A stretch of DNA of 64,000 nucleotides from Clostridia bacterium. GTDB lineage: Bacteria; Bacillota; Clostridia; Saccharofermentanales; UBA5734. A program made the position numbers and the translations under genes. The notes beneath the pieces were generated by a model. The model saw nothing but the letters and a program-made list of their open reading frames with translations. It was not told the origin of the DNA and searched no databases. Every line of letters starts with the position of its first letter. Position 1 is the first letter of the stretch. The DNA lies in the NCBI GenBank assembly GCA_040772685.1, contig JAXGXQ010000001.1, positions 449,930 through 513,929 of the forward strand. The letters are read 5' to 3'. Shown piece by piece: positions 49,524-59,078 of this stretch.

Positions 49524-52490
49524 TTACTGTGGTCTCCTGACAGGTGCCAGTGCCTGGGGCAGGCCGTCAACAGCGTCACCCAGTTCAGTAGTCGCGTGTG
49601 AGAGGCGCTTGAGCACATCGGCAATATTATGGTCGAATTCACTAACCATCTGGTTAAGCTCAGTGCGAATCTCAGTATTGAAGCTGGTTACAGAATCACC
49701 CAGAGTTGAGCTCAGGGCCTGAATATCGCTGTTGATCTGCTGCGCGAACAGGCTCATGCTGCGTGATTCTTCGCCGAGAATCTCAACCAGATTACGGACA
49801 TCATTGGCAAAGATGCTGTTTTGCTCATTCAGTGAGGCATGAACGCTGTTCACCAGGTCTTCCGTGATGCCGGTGAAACCGAGCGTAAGCTGTTCAATTC
49901 TGGTCGACAGTTCGTCGGAGAAGGTTGTAATCTGACCGGCAAGGTCGCTGATCTGCTGTTGATTCAGCTGATGCGAGGTTTCCATCTGTTCCTGCAGATC
50001 TCTGGCATTTTGTAAAGAGCTGGAGGTGATTTCAACCAGGCTTGTCTGCAGCGTGGTCATGGTCGCCGCCAGTTCGCCGATCGAGTCGGATAACCCAGAT
50101 TCACTGCCAGAGAAAATAGCGCTCATCTTATCAGCCGAGGTACTCATTGTCGCGGCGGAAGCCCGCAGCTCAGTCAGGTCCGTGAGCATGGTCGTGCGGG
50201 TTTCCACGAAGGCGTTGATCGCGTCCTTCATGCCTGCCTCAACCTCAACCACCTGTTCACGCTGCAGCTCGAAGGCGTCCTGGACTTTATCGGCATAAGC
50301 CTGAGCCGCTACCAGCACGTCCGCGGAAGCGATCAGGCGGTTGGATACCGGTTCCAGATATTTATCCAGATAACTGCCCAGGTTTTTGGCCACGTCAGCA
50401 GTCATGGAATCAAGGCTGCTTTGCTGGTAAGCAGCGATTTTATTCAGGGTAGCGTCCTGAGCCTGCTGTAATTGTGTAATAGCGGCCAGCTGCTGGGTCT
50501 GGAAAGCGGCCTGCAAGCGTTCCTGCAGCTCGTTGCTGGCGCTGGCCAGCGTTTCCTGGCTGGTTTGCAAAGAACGTACCAGATCCTCCTGACGCAGCTG
50601 GAAAGCCTGTAAAAGCTCAGCCTGGCGGCTCTGCATGGTGTTGGCAAGCTCAACCTGCTGCGTTTGCAGGGAACGGGCGAATTCATCCTGCCGGTTGCGC
50701 AGGTCGGCGCTGAGCGCGCTCTGCTGCCCCAGCAGCTCTGTGCTCACAGTTTTAGTTAAGTCGCTGGTTGAAGCGGCAAGTTCCTGCTGGCTTGTGGTCA
50801 GCAGACTGGTAAGGCTGCTCTGCTGCTCAGCCAGAGCGGTGCTCCACTTCTGCCAGGAATCGTCAAAGCGGGCCTGTTGACCAAGCAAAGTTTCGCCAGT
50901 GGCCGCCGACTGGCTGGCAAGGGTTGTCAGAATTTTATTTTGGATGCTGGTCAGCTCTTGCGTTACCTGCGTTTGCTGACCGGCCAGGGATTCTGTCAGC
51001 AACTCCAGTTTTTGCTCCAGTGTGGTTGCCAGCTTTTCGGTCAGGCTAAAGGTAGATGCCGCCAGTTCCGCTTGGCGATCGGTCAGCTGAGTCTGAAGCA
51101 GAGTCTGATTGGCGCTTAACCCGGCAGCCAGCTCGGCCTGTTGGTTGTTAACAGCGGCGAGCAGACCGGCCTGAGCAGTCTGCAGTTCATTGTTCAGTTT
51201 TTCCTGAGCGGCAACCAGGCTGGAAACAGTCAAAGCCAGGCCGCCCTGCCATTCCGACCAGGCCTGCTGATATTTTTCGGTCAGGGCGCTGCCGCTGGCC
51301 GTGTTCGCCGCGATTAAGCCCTTCATAGCCTGCTCGAAATCGCTCAGTAACCCTTTAACAGATTCCTGCTGTTCGTTGCTGAGTGTACGGTAGCTATATT
51401 GCTGGCCTTCGGAGAGCGCGGTTAAAGTTTCTTTCTGATTCTCAGTCATCATCGCCAGCGTCTGTTGCTGCTGGTCGCGAATCTGCTCCAGCAGCAGCGA
51501 TTGCACAGCGCCAAGCTGTTTAAAAGACATTTCCTGCTGCTGCAGCAAAGTTGAAGTAACTGTCTCATACTGGTTCTGCAGAAATTTGGCGCCTTCCGCC
51601 TGCTGGTACTCCAGCGCGATTAAACGGTCGCCCAGAGTGTTCAGGGAGCTGCTCATCTGCTTTTCCAGCTGAATGGCCAGCCTGGCCAGCGCTTCCGAGC
51701 TGCGCTGCAGCGGCGGGCCGATAGTAGCGGCAAGCAGATGCTTAACAGAATCAGTAATAGCCGTAGTAATTTCGCCGGCAGCCAGGCGCTCAACACGCTG
51801 GGTCAGCTGCCGGACTGAAGCCAGCATGGCCTCGTCATGGTCTGTATAACGGTTCAGAACTATCGCGGTTTCACCGGCCTGGGTGTAAACCGGCACCTTG
51901 CGCGTGAGCGTGTGCACCAGCTTGCGGTGGGCGCCGGCCAGGCTCTGCTGCAAGCGGCCGCGCTGCTCATAAAGAATAAACAGGGAAACCAGGCCGATAG
52001 CCAAGGGCATAAGCGCCAGAGCGCCGACCAGCGGCGCCAGGCTGAAGCTGCCGGCAGCAATAAAAGCCAGCAGCAAAGCCAGAACAAATAAGCCCAAACC
52101 GATAAGCCCGCTGAAGACCGGGCCATTATTACTGACAGCTGCCTGGGCCGCGGGCGCGCAGCTGGCCGGGTAAGGCAGGCGTGATTCCGGTTCCGGAATC
52201 CAGTTGCCGCGAAAAACATCCTGACTGTCCTGAGCTAAGAGTTTCACAGCACCGCCCAGTTCCGGCAGTTCCTGATTCACCTTGGCTTCCACCCGGGGCA
52301 GGTTATCGATACTGCAGCCCTTGAGAGTATCAAGCGAGGCGGCCAGCGCGTGCCAGCGTTCAGCTTCCTGCTCCACCTGAGCACGGTTACGCCGATACAG
52401 AAAGAGCGGGAATGCCGCACTGGCCAGAATGGCTAAGATAGAAACAACCAGCCACCAGATGCTTGCAAAGGTCAGAATCTCCCCGATCAT
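49524..52490 (-). CDS. membrane-anchored giant helical/coiled-coil protein (988 aa), unknown function
   Basis: TM1 spans residues about 5-30, followed by a loop of about 95 aa and a TM hairpin at about 125-175. The remaining roughly 800 aa are Q/L/A/T/S-rich with recurring Q(Q/R)xEL-type motifs. Confidence 0.65.
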   Translation of the reverse strand: MIGEILTFASIWWLVVSILAILASAAFPLFLYRRNRAQVEQEAERWHALAASLDTLKGCSIDNLPRVEAKVNQELPELGGAVKLLAQDSQDVFRGNWIPEPESRLPYPASCAPAAQAAVSNNGPVFSGLIGLGLFVLALLLAFIAAGSFSLAPLVGALALMPLAIGLVSLFILYEQRGRLQQSLAGAHRKLVHTLTRKVPVYTQAGETAIVLNRYTDHDEAMLASVRQLTQRVERLAAGEITTAITDSVKHLLAATIGPPLQRSSEALARLAIQLEKQMSSSLNTLGDRLIALEYQQAEGAKFLQNQYETVTSTLLQQQEMSFKQLGAVQSLLLEQIRDQQQQTLAMMTENQKETLTALSEGQQYSYRTLSNEQQESVKGLLSDFEQAMKGLIAANTASGSALTEKYQQAWSEWQGGLALTVSSLVAAQEKLNNELQTAQAGLLAAVNNQQAELAAGLSANQTLLQTQLTDRQAELAASTFSLTEKLATTLEQKLELLTESLAGQQTQVTQELTSIQNKILTTLASQSAATGETLLGQQARFDDSWQKWSTALAEQQSSLTSLLTTSQQELAASTSDLTKTVSTELLGQQSALSADLRNRQDEFARSLQTQQVELANTMQSRQAELLQAFQLRQEDLVRSLQTSQETLASASNELQERLQAAFQTQQLAAITQLQQAQDATLNKIAAYQQSSLDSMTADVAKNLGSYLDKYLEPVSNRLIASADVLVAAQAYADKVQDAFELQREQVVEVEAGMKDAINAFVETRTTMLTDLTELRASAATMSTSADKMSAIFSGSESGLSDSIGELAATMTTLQTSLVEITSSSLQNARDLQEQMETSHQLNQQQISDLAGQITTFSDELSTRIEQLTLGFTGITEDLVNSVHASLNEQNSIFANDVRNLVEILGEESRSMSLFAQQINSDIQALSSTLGDSVTSFNTEIRTELNQMVSEFDHNIADVLKRLSHATTELGDAVDGLPQALAPVRRPQ

Positions 52491-52922
52491 GAATTGCCCT
52501 CCCCATCTGCAGTTAAGTACTAATGCCGCGCCGCGACAGCGAATTCAGAAGATATTATTATTTTAACGGAAACCAGACTGGAATCCAGACGGTATAACAA
52601 ATGATACCGCAAATTAACCTGCTTGTCAGCTGAAACCGCAGCTAAAGCAGCAGCGTTTTAGGCAATGCTTATTACTGGCAGCAGAGGGCAATTCGCACCG
52701 CAACCTTCCTGCTGCCATTGAGTACCTAAACCCGTAAAGTCAATTAACAACCAGAATCAATCTGCTCGTTACCTTGTTCATTTATAAGTCATAATATTTA
52801 CATGAAGCCCTAACAAGTTGAGCAATGATTCTTTACTGGACAGATGCAAGTCAATATTAGTAAACTAAGCCCAATTAACCGTGCTATTAATCAAAAAATC
52901 ATCAAATTGTAGCAGTTGATAC

Positions 52923-52951
52923 TTGCTAAAACCGAAACACGTTACTATACT
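52923..52951 (+). promoter_or_regulatory. candidate sigma-A promoter for the pilin gene
   Basis: TTGCTA (52923-52928), a 17-nt spacer, then TATACT (52946-52951). This would leave a leader of about 145 nt. Confidence 0.3.
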
Positions 52952-53098
52952 GAGGTTGTAATGTATCTCAGCTGCAAATAAACTATTACTGCCCTGTATT
53001 CAGTTTATTTGTTGAGGAAATGACATCTTCCCTGCCCCTTTCCATTCATTTTACGCGTTAACAAAAAATGTTTCGAAAAGAAAACGGAGGTTTGAAAG

Positions 53099-53470
53099 AT
53101 GAAAAGAAAATCCAAAAAGGGTTTTACCCTAATTGAACTAATCGTCGTCGTCGCGATCATCGCCATTCTGGCAGCTATCGCAATTCCCAGATTCGCGAAC
53201 ATGCGGGCAAATTCTCAAGTAAGAGCTGAGGGTGCAACAGCGGCCCAGATCGTGACTGCCGCAAGAGTACAGGAAGCTGAAAAAGGTGCAAAAGTAAATG
53301 GTGATGCAGCTACAGCAATTTTAGACGAATATATGGATGCTCCAACTGGGTTTACAATCACTGGTGGTGCCGAAGATCCTTATGAAGTCAGTTGGACAAC
53401 ATCTGCTGCAGGTTACAAATCCTCACAGAAGTATACTGAGAATGTAGAGTTTAATCCAGCTAAATCATAA
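53099..53470 (+). CDS. type IV pilin / pseudopilin with a class III (prepilin) signal
   Basis: MKRKSKKG|FTLIELIVVVAIIAILAAIAIPRF is a canonical prepilin peptidase site followed by the hydrophobic alpha1 helix. 123 aa, ending ...NPAKS. An ACGGAGG RBS is present. Confidence 0.9.
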   Translation: MKRKSKKGFTLIELIVVVAIIAILAAIAIPRFANMRANSQVRAEGATAAQIVTAARVQEAEKGAKVNGDAATAILDEYMDAPTGFTITGGAEDPYEVSWTTSAAGYKSSQKYTENVEFNPAKS

Positions 53471-53531
53471 TTTATTAACCATTTTTTATAATCGAATTAA
53501 TCAAATATAATTTATTCAGCTAGCTAAAAAG

Positions 53532-53590
53532 AACTCCCCCGCTGTTCATAAATGGTAAAAAGCCATGACCGCGGGGGAGTTTTATTTTTG
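53532..53590 (+). terminator. intrinsic terminator after the pilin gene
   Basis: AACTCCCCCGC (53532-53542) pairs with GCGGGGGAGTT (53571-53581) and is followed by TTATTTTTG. Confidence 0.7.
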
Positions 53591-53674
53591 TATTGTTGAA
53601 TATATTAGAGTGTCGTTATATTTGGTGGTGTCAACGATCTTTCGCACTTTAGTTGTTCGCTTGGTTTCTGGCGG

Positions 53675-54007
53675 TCAGCCAACTGCTAGATCCGCTGTCA
53701 CCTCTGCTTCCAATTCCATAGCTTCTAGGTGTTTCATGTTCAGGTAATGCTTCGAACCCCAAAGCGAATCTTCCATGTAACGAAGCCTGGCACAGACCAG
53801 CATTAGGGCGGAATAGGCATCAGGGAAAGAGCCTACGACCCTGGTTCGTCGCCGGATTTCCCGGTTAAGCCGTTCGATGGCATTATTGCTGCGGATTTTC
53901 AGCCAGTGTTCACGAGGAAAAGCCATGTAGGTCAAGGTTTCAGCGATAGAATCTTCAACCTTTTTGGCTGCTTCTTTAAGCTTCATTTCCCGGAGTTTGA
54001 CAACAAC
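53675..54007 (-). pseudogene. IS256-family (mutator-type) transposase, C-terminal fragment
   Basis: KLREMKLKEAAKKVEDSIAETLTYMAFPREHWLKIRSNNAIERLNREIRRRTRVVGSFP is the conserved IS256 C-terminal block. The first residues of the track ORF are encoded by the IS21 end. Confidence 0.85.
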
Positions 54008-54172
54008 TGGAAACCACGCTCGCTTAAGGCCATCGCCGCACATAAATAAGGCCATCGCCGCGCACTAAGAAGGCCACTCGCGCGCTCGATGAAGGTCAGC
54101 CTGTAAATAATGTCAACCTTCAGTAGAATTTTATTGCCACCAGAGGTGGTAATTTTTTTATGGAGGTTTGAG

Positions 54173-55618
54173 ATGAGTTCAAACTATTTGTACATCGTGC
54201 GTTCTGTTTTCAATGGCATCAGTCAGAGGAAAGCGGCAAAATCACATGGTGTCTCCCGCGACACCGTATCGATTCTAGTTAACTATGCCCATAGTCGAGG
54301 GTGGATGAATCTTGAAGATCTGGAATCGTGTACCGAAGCGGATTTTGAGGCTGCCATGCAACGTAAGCCGGGTTTGGGAGCCAATCGAGACGTCTCGTAT
54401 GCGATGCCAGACTATGACTATGTTCACGCTGAACTAGGTAAGGAACATGTCACGCTCACCTTGTTATGGGAGGAGTATGTGGCAGATTGTATGGCAACTG
54501 GCAAACGTTATTACGGAGAAACCCAGTTCAGGCGGTACTACCATAGGCATGCCGGAATGTCGAAGGCGACTATTCGTTTAACGCATAAGCCGGGATTGTC
54601 TGTTCAGGTTGACTGGGCTGGCTCTCGTATCGCTTTCTATGACGAAGATGTGGGGGAAATGGCCCAAGCGTCCTTGTTTGTGGGTATTTTGCCGTGCAGT
54701 TCTCTTATTTATGTAGAATCGTTCCGGCATGAGAAAATGCCAAGTTGGATTTCCGCCCATAATAACATGTTCCAGTATTTCGGTGGAGTGCCAAGGACGG
54801 TCGTCACCGACAATCTTAAAGTAGGTGTAGACAAGGCTATCTTCTATGAGCCAAGCATCAATCGAACCTATCAAGAAATGGCTGAGCATTATGGGACGGT
54901 TATTCTCCCGACCAGAATCGCCAAACCGCGGAATAAAGGCGCTGTAGAAAATGCGGTCAAAATCGCATCACATAGGATTCTGGGCAAGTTGAGAAATCAA
55001 TCATTTCATACATTCTGTGAGCTGAAAGCTCACGTGGCAGACGCTCTGGAAGCCGTTAACTCGGCTCTGTTAACAGGGAAAAGCGTAAGTCGTTGGAGTT
55101 CTTTCCATGCTGAGGAGAAAGACTACCTGCTCACGCTTCCCCCAGAGCCCTTTATCTTGTCGGAGTGGACGACAGCCAAAATTCAACCAAATTGCCACGT
55201 CGCCTTCCAGGGCCATTACTATTCCGTGCCATTCGAATATCTAGGTGAAACAGCCGAGATTCGAGCCACGCAAGGAACAGTAGAGATATTTTACCATCAT
55301 CAACGTGTTGCTTCACATAAGCGGGAATGGGGACAGAAGCAGTACATCACCGTCACAGACCACATGCCCCCAAACAAGCTCTTCTTCGCTGACTGGAATG
55401 CGGATCGCTTCATTCAATGGGCTGCACAAATCGGGCCGTCGTGTAAGAAAGTCATCCGCCTGAACCTGGACGCCGCAGTGCACGAGCAACATGCTTACCG
55501 ATCCTGCTTTGGGATATTAGGACTCAAGGATAAATTCTCTTCAAAACGTTTGGAACAAGCGTGTCAGCTCATGTTGAGCCGTAGTTATTCGCCGCAATAC
55601 ATGTGTTTGGCAAGATAG
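54173..55618 (+). pseudogene. istA: IS21 IstA transposase (copy 1), interrupted after about 476 codons
   Basis: It has an HTH N-terminus and a DDE region (VQVDWAG, VVTDNLK). The reading frame is broken at 55601/55602 by the nested IS and resumes after 58093 (SQVKRILERKEDL...). Confidence 0.85.
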
Positions 55619-55730
55619 AAACCATCCATTGCGGAAGCTAAGAAACCAGCCAGCTGTAGAATAAAGACTCCACTGCCAACCACCCGCTCAGGTATCCTTT
55701 TAGTATTGCAAACTGAAAGGATGAACGGAG

Positions 55731-57251
55731 ATGTTAACAGTGGAGCAGATTTATGATATCAGAGAAATGTACTACAAAGAAAGTAGGAGCATCCGCGAAA
55801 TCTCGCGAATTACTCAGCGTGACCGCGGCACCATTAAACGTTATGTCGAACAAAATAGCTTCAGTCTTGATGCTCCCGTCCGCCAGCGACGCAGCAGAAA
55901 AACGGATGAGTATCGAGCGATGATTAAACAATGGCTGATCGATGACGAAAGAGCGCCGCGCAAGCAGCGCCATACAGCCAAAAAGGTCTACGACCGTCTG
56001 GTCGCAGAGCAGCAGAGAAAAGGACTTGTACTGGATATCTCCGACCGGAGCATCCGTACCCTGGTGGCAGAGATAAAACGCGAATTAGCTCAGCAGGAAG
56101 CAGCTTCACTGCCGTTGTTGCATCCTGCCGGAGAAGCGCAGGGCGACTTTGGCACAACCGTTTTTTACGAACGCGGTATTAAATACGAAGGTTATCACCT
56201 CTGTCTGACCTTGCCGCATTCAGATGCCAAGTATACCCAGCTTTTCAAGGGTCAGGACTTTGAGTGTCTGGCTCGCGGCTTAATCGAAATCTTCACACAT
56301 ATCGGCGGCGTGCCCACGGCAATCCGTTTCGATAACATGTCAACAGCGGTAAAGGCAATTAAGGCCCATGGCGGGCGCGAGCTGACAGACAATTTCCTGC
56401 GGTTGCAGTGTCATTTCGGGTTCGAGAGCAACTTTTGCAATCCGGCAGCCGGGCATGAGAAGGGATCAGTGGAGAACTTTGTCGGCTATAGTCGCCGCAA
56501 CCTGTTTGTTCCTGTCCCTGAGACTAATGACCTTGCCGCATACAATCAGGATCTGCTCCGGCGCTGTGATGCCCGTCTTGAAGAAGAGCATTACAAACTT
56601 GAACGTTTGGTGAAGGACCTGTTTACTGAAGACCAAGCCAGGCTTCTGCCGCTGCCGGCCTATCCCTTTGATGCCTGCCGCTATGTGCCGGCCCGGACTG
56701 ATAATTATGGCATGGCCAAGTACCAGACCAACCGCTACTCTACAGCCGGTCACCTCAGGCGCAGCAATATAACTTTGAAGGTTAACGCATATACGGTGAC
56801 GGTGCTGGACGAACAGATGCGAGTGATTGTCAGGCATCCTCGCATGTATGGACAAAAGAAAGAATCCATGATCTGGACCCCTTACCTGGAAGTACTGGCC
56901 AAGCGCCCGATGGCAATTAAGTACAGCGGTTTTTATGAGAATCTGCCCAGGCCACTGAAACGCTTTATGGATGACTGCGACCTTAGCGGCAAACAGCAGA
57001 TTCTGCAATTACTCGCCCGAGAGAGCAGCGACGGTGATCTTGATACCCCTTTATTTCACCTGACTGAGGCTGTTGGCCTGAACCCAACAGACGCTGACGG
57101 CCTGATCGCGACATACGCCTTTGTTACCAATAAACCGGGTCAGCCTTTGAAAGAATCCGTTCCTGAGCTATTGCCGGAAACACCCGGAATACAGTCTGGA
57201 TCTGGGCGTATATGGGCAACTCATGGGAGGGTTCGCATGTCAAAACAATGA
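55731..57251 (+). CDS. istA: IS21 IstA transposase (copy 2), apparently full length
   Basis: A 506-aa ORF with an HTH N-terminus and a DDE core (AQGDFG, IRFDNMSTAV, GHEKGSVEN). Confidence 0.85.
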   Translation: MLTVEQIYDIREMYYKESRSIREISRITQRDRGTIKRYVEQNSFSLDAPVRQRRSRKTDEYRAMIKQWLIDDERAPRKQRHTAKKVYDRLVAEQQRKGLVLDISDRSIRTLVAEIKRELAQQEAASLPLLHPAGEAQGDFGTTVFYERGIKYEGYHLCLTLPHSDAKYTQLFKGQDFECLARGLIEIFTHIGGVPTAIRFDNMSTAVKAIKAHGGRELTDNFLRLQCHFGFESNFCNPAAGHEKGSVENFVGYSRRNLFVPVPETNDLAAYNQDLLRRCDARLEEEHYKLERLVKDLFTEDQARLLPLPAYPFDACRYVPARTDNYGMAKYQTNRYSTAGHLRRSNITLKVNAYTVTVLDEQMRVIVRHPRMYGQKKESMIWTPYLEVLAKRPMAIKYSGFYENLPRPLKRFMDDCDLSGKQQILQLLARESSDGDLDTPLFHLTEAVGLNPTDADGLIATYAFVTNKPGQPLKESVPELLPETPGIQSGSGRIWATHGRVRMSKQ

Positions 57252-57962
57252 TTCTTGAGCTCTGCCGCCAGCTGCGTCTGGGTAACCATATCGCCGAGAG
57301 CTATGAAGATATTGAAGCAAAGACGAATGAAGAGTTTCTCATAAAGATTCTAACGGAAGCTGTTGCCCGCCGTGATACGGAACGACGCAAACGCTATATT
57401 CAGCAAGCCGGCTTTGATCTGATGAAAGGTTACGACAGCTTTGATTTCTCAGATATTGTCCTACCAGAGAGCCTCTCGCCAGCTAGCCTGCGTGCCTGTG
57501 AGTTTGTAGCCAACCGGCAGAACCTTATTTTGTACGGACGGCCAGGAACCGGCAAGACTCATCTGGCAATTACTTGTAGAATTGAAGCCTGCAAGCGCGA
57601 TTTCAAAGTTATCTACTACAAAGACCAGCCGACTGGTGAATCTGCTGTCACAAGCCAAGGGCGAAAACGAACCGAAAGCAAGTTCTGGCGCAAACTGCAG
57701 CAAGCCAACCTGCTGATTTTGGATGAGTGGGGCTACATCCCATTTGAGAGGGTCGGTACACAGTTACTGTTCGAGGCCATATCTGACTGTTATGAGAAAA
57801 CGGAGTGTGATAATTACGACCAACTTACCCTTTGACGAATGGAACACGATCTTCTATGACCAAAAACTGACGGCAGCCATTTTGGATCGTTTGATCCACC
57901 ATGGTTTGCTCCTGATGCACGATGGCCAGAGCTACCGCCTGCAGAATTCTCAGATGCAATAG
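57248..57962 (+). pseudogene. istB: IS21 IstB helper ATPase (copy 2), frameshifted
   Basis: The start overlaps the istA stop (ATGA). Walker A is GRPGTGKTH and Walker B is LLILDEWGY. The frame changes near 57800 (CYEK | SVIITTNLPFDEWNTIF). Confidence 0.8.
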
Positions 57963-58227
57963 CGGAGCACGAATGATTGGAATGAAGCGAGTGGCGGTAT
58001 TAATTTCCGCAGTGGTTGGTTTTTAGCTTCCATAGTGGTAGGTTTTTAATTTCCACGCTGGTTGGTTTTCTACTTGCCAAACACAGCAATACAGTCAAGT
58101 AAAACGCATTCTTGAGCGAAAAGAAGATTTGACGGCAGCAGAGACGGATATTAGCCAGCAGGAAAAACCGAAAGGCTTCCGCCGTGGCGCTGACTACTAT
58201 GGAAAAGAAAATTATGAGGATACGGTC

Positions 58228-58970
58228 ATGTTGAGAAATGAGACAGTACAACAACTGAGAGCATTGAGGCTCTCCGGATTTGCAGATGCATTGGAAGAAC
58301 AATACGCATCCATATCCTTTGAGGAATTAACTTTTGACGAGCGTCTTGGGCTCCTGGTCGATCGGGAAGTCTCAAAACGCAAGAGCAGCAAAATCGAGCG
58401 ATTCATTCGGCAGGCACGATTTCAGAACTCGGAAGCCTGTGTGGAAAACATCCATTACCATTCAGGACGCAAATTGGATCGAAAACTTATTCTTTGAGCT
58501 GGCCAGCTGTCAGTATATCCACCATGCTGGGAACGTCAACATCTTTGGTGCGACAGGTGCTGGGAAGAGCTATATCGGTCAGGCCTTGGGGCAGGCTGCA
58601 TGCCGCATGGGGATGGGCGCTCGATACATTCAATTGCCGGATCTGTTGGAAGAGTTGAAAATAGCCAGACAACACGGAACCGAGCGATGGACAAGGAAAC
58701 GGAAAGAATTTACTAACATTCCATTGCTTATTCTAGACGAATTCTTGCTGTTTAAAAATCGATGACTTGGACTGCCAGCATCTTCTGCAACTTATCGATC
58801 GGCGGAGTTCCAAAGGTCAACGATCGTCATCACACAGTACAACCCGGATGAGTGGATTGCACAGATGCCGATACAAGTGGCAGCGGGAAGCCATAACCGA
58901 CCGTTTGACGGCACAAGCATATTCGATCCTTATTGAAAGCAAGGAATCGATGCGAAACATCGGTAGCTAG
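58228..58970 (+). pseudogene. istB: IS21 IstB helper ATPase (copy 1), multiple frameshifts
   Basis: MLRNETVQQLRALRLSGFADALEEQ start, then Walker A GATGAGKSY and Walker B LLILDEF. The C-terminus lies in three different frames (breaks near 58490 and 58765). Confidence 0.8.
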
Positions 58971-59078
58971 GACATTTTTAGACTAAATCACTTTTATTGA
59001 GCGCGCGGGTGGCCTTTTTCATCCGCGCGCTTGGCCTTTTTAGTGCGAAGGACTGGCCTTTTTCATGCGCGGTTTCCA

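Larger units (their letters stand above)
55602..58085 (+). mobile_element. IS21-family element (copy 2), nested in istA of copy 1
   Basis: Termini are TGTGTTTGGCAAG...CTTGCCAAACACA with AAACCA-type subterminal repeats. An 8-bp target duplication GCAATACA flanks it at 55594-55601 and 58086-58093. Length is 2484 bp. Confidence 0.88.
54008..59078 (+). mobile_element. IS21-family element (copy 1), itself interrupted by copy 2
   Basis: Termini are TGGAAACC...GGTTTCCA (TG..CA). Three AAGGCCA subterminal repeats occur at each end. A 6-bp direct repeat AACAAC flanks it (54002-54007 and 59079-59084). It is about 2.58 kb without the nested copy. Confidence 0.85.

Noticed and set aside
49524-52490. Calling the operon a Zorya-type (ZorA/ZorB/ZorC) defence system.
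   Set aside because: Only the topology and tail of the 988-aa protein fit. There is no MotB/ZorB-like gene. I cannot verify an EH-signature domain in the 426-aa protein, and a Wzy_C protein is not a known Zorya component. It is kept only as a hypothesis to test.
53005-53202. A 65-aa minus-strand ORF overlapping the pilin start.
   Set aside because: It is antisense to the unmistakable prepilin leader and hydrophobic helix. It is a mirror-image hydrophobic artefact.
58000-58302. A 100-aa minus-strand ORF spanning the right end of IS21 copy 2 and the resumed copy 1.
   Set aside because: It crosses an insertion junction and the subterminal repeat region. It is antisense to the istA/istB sequence and so cannot be an ancestral gene.
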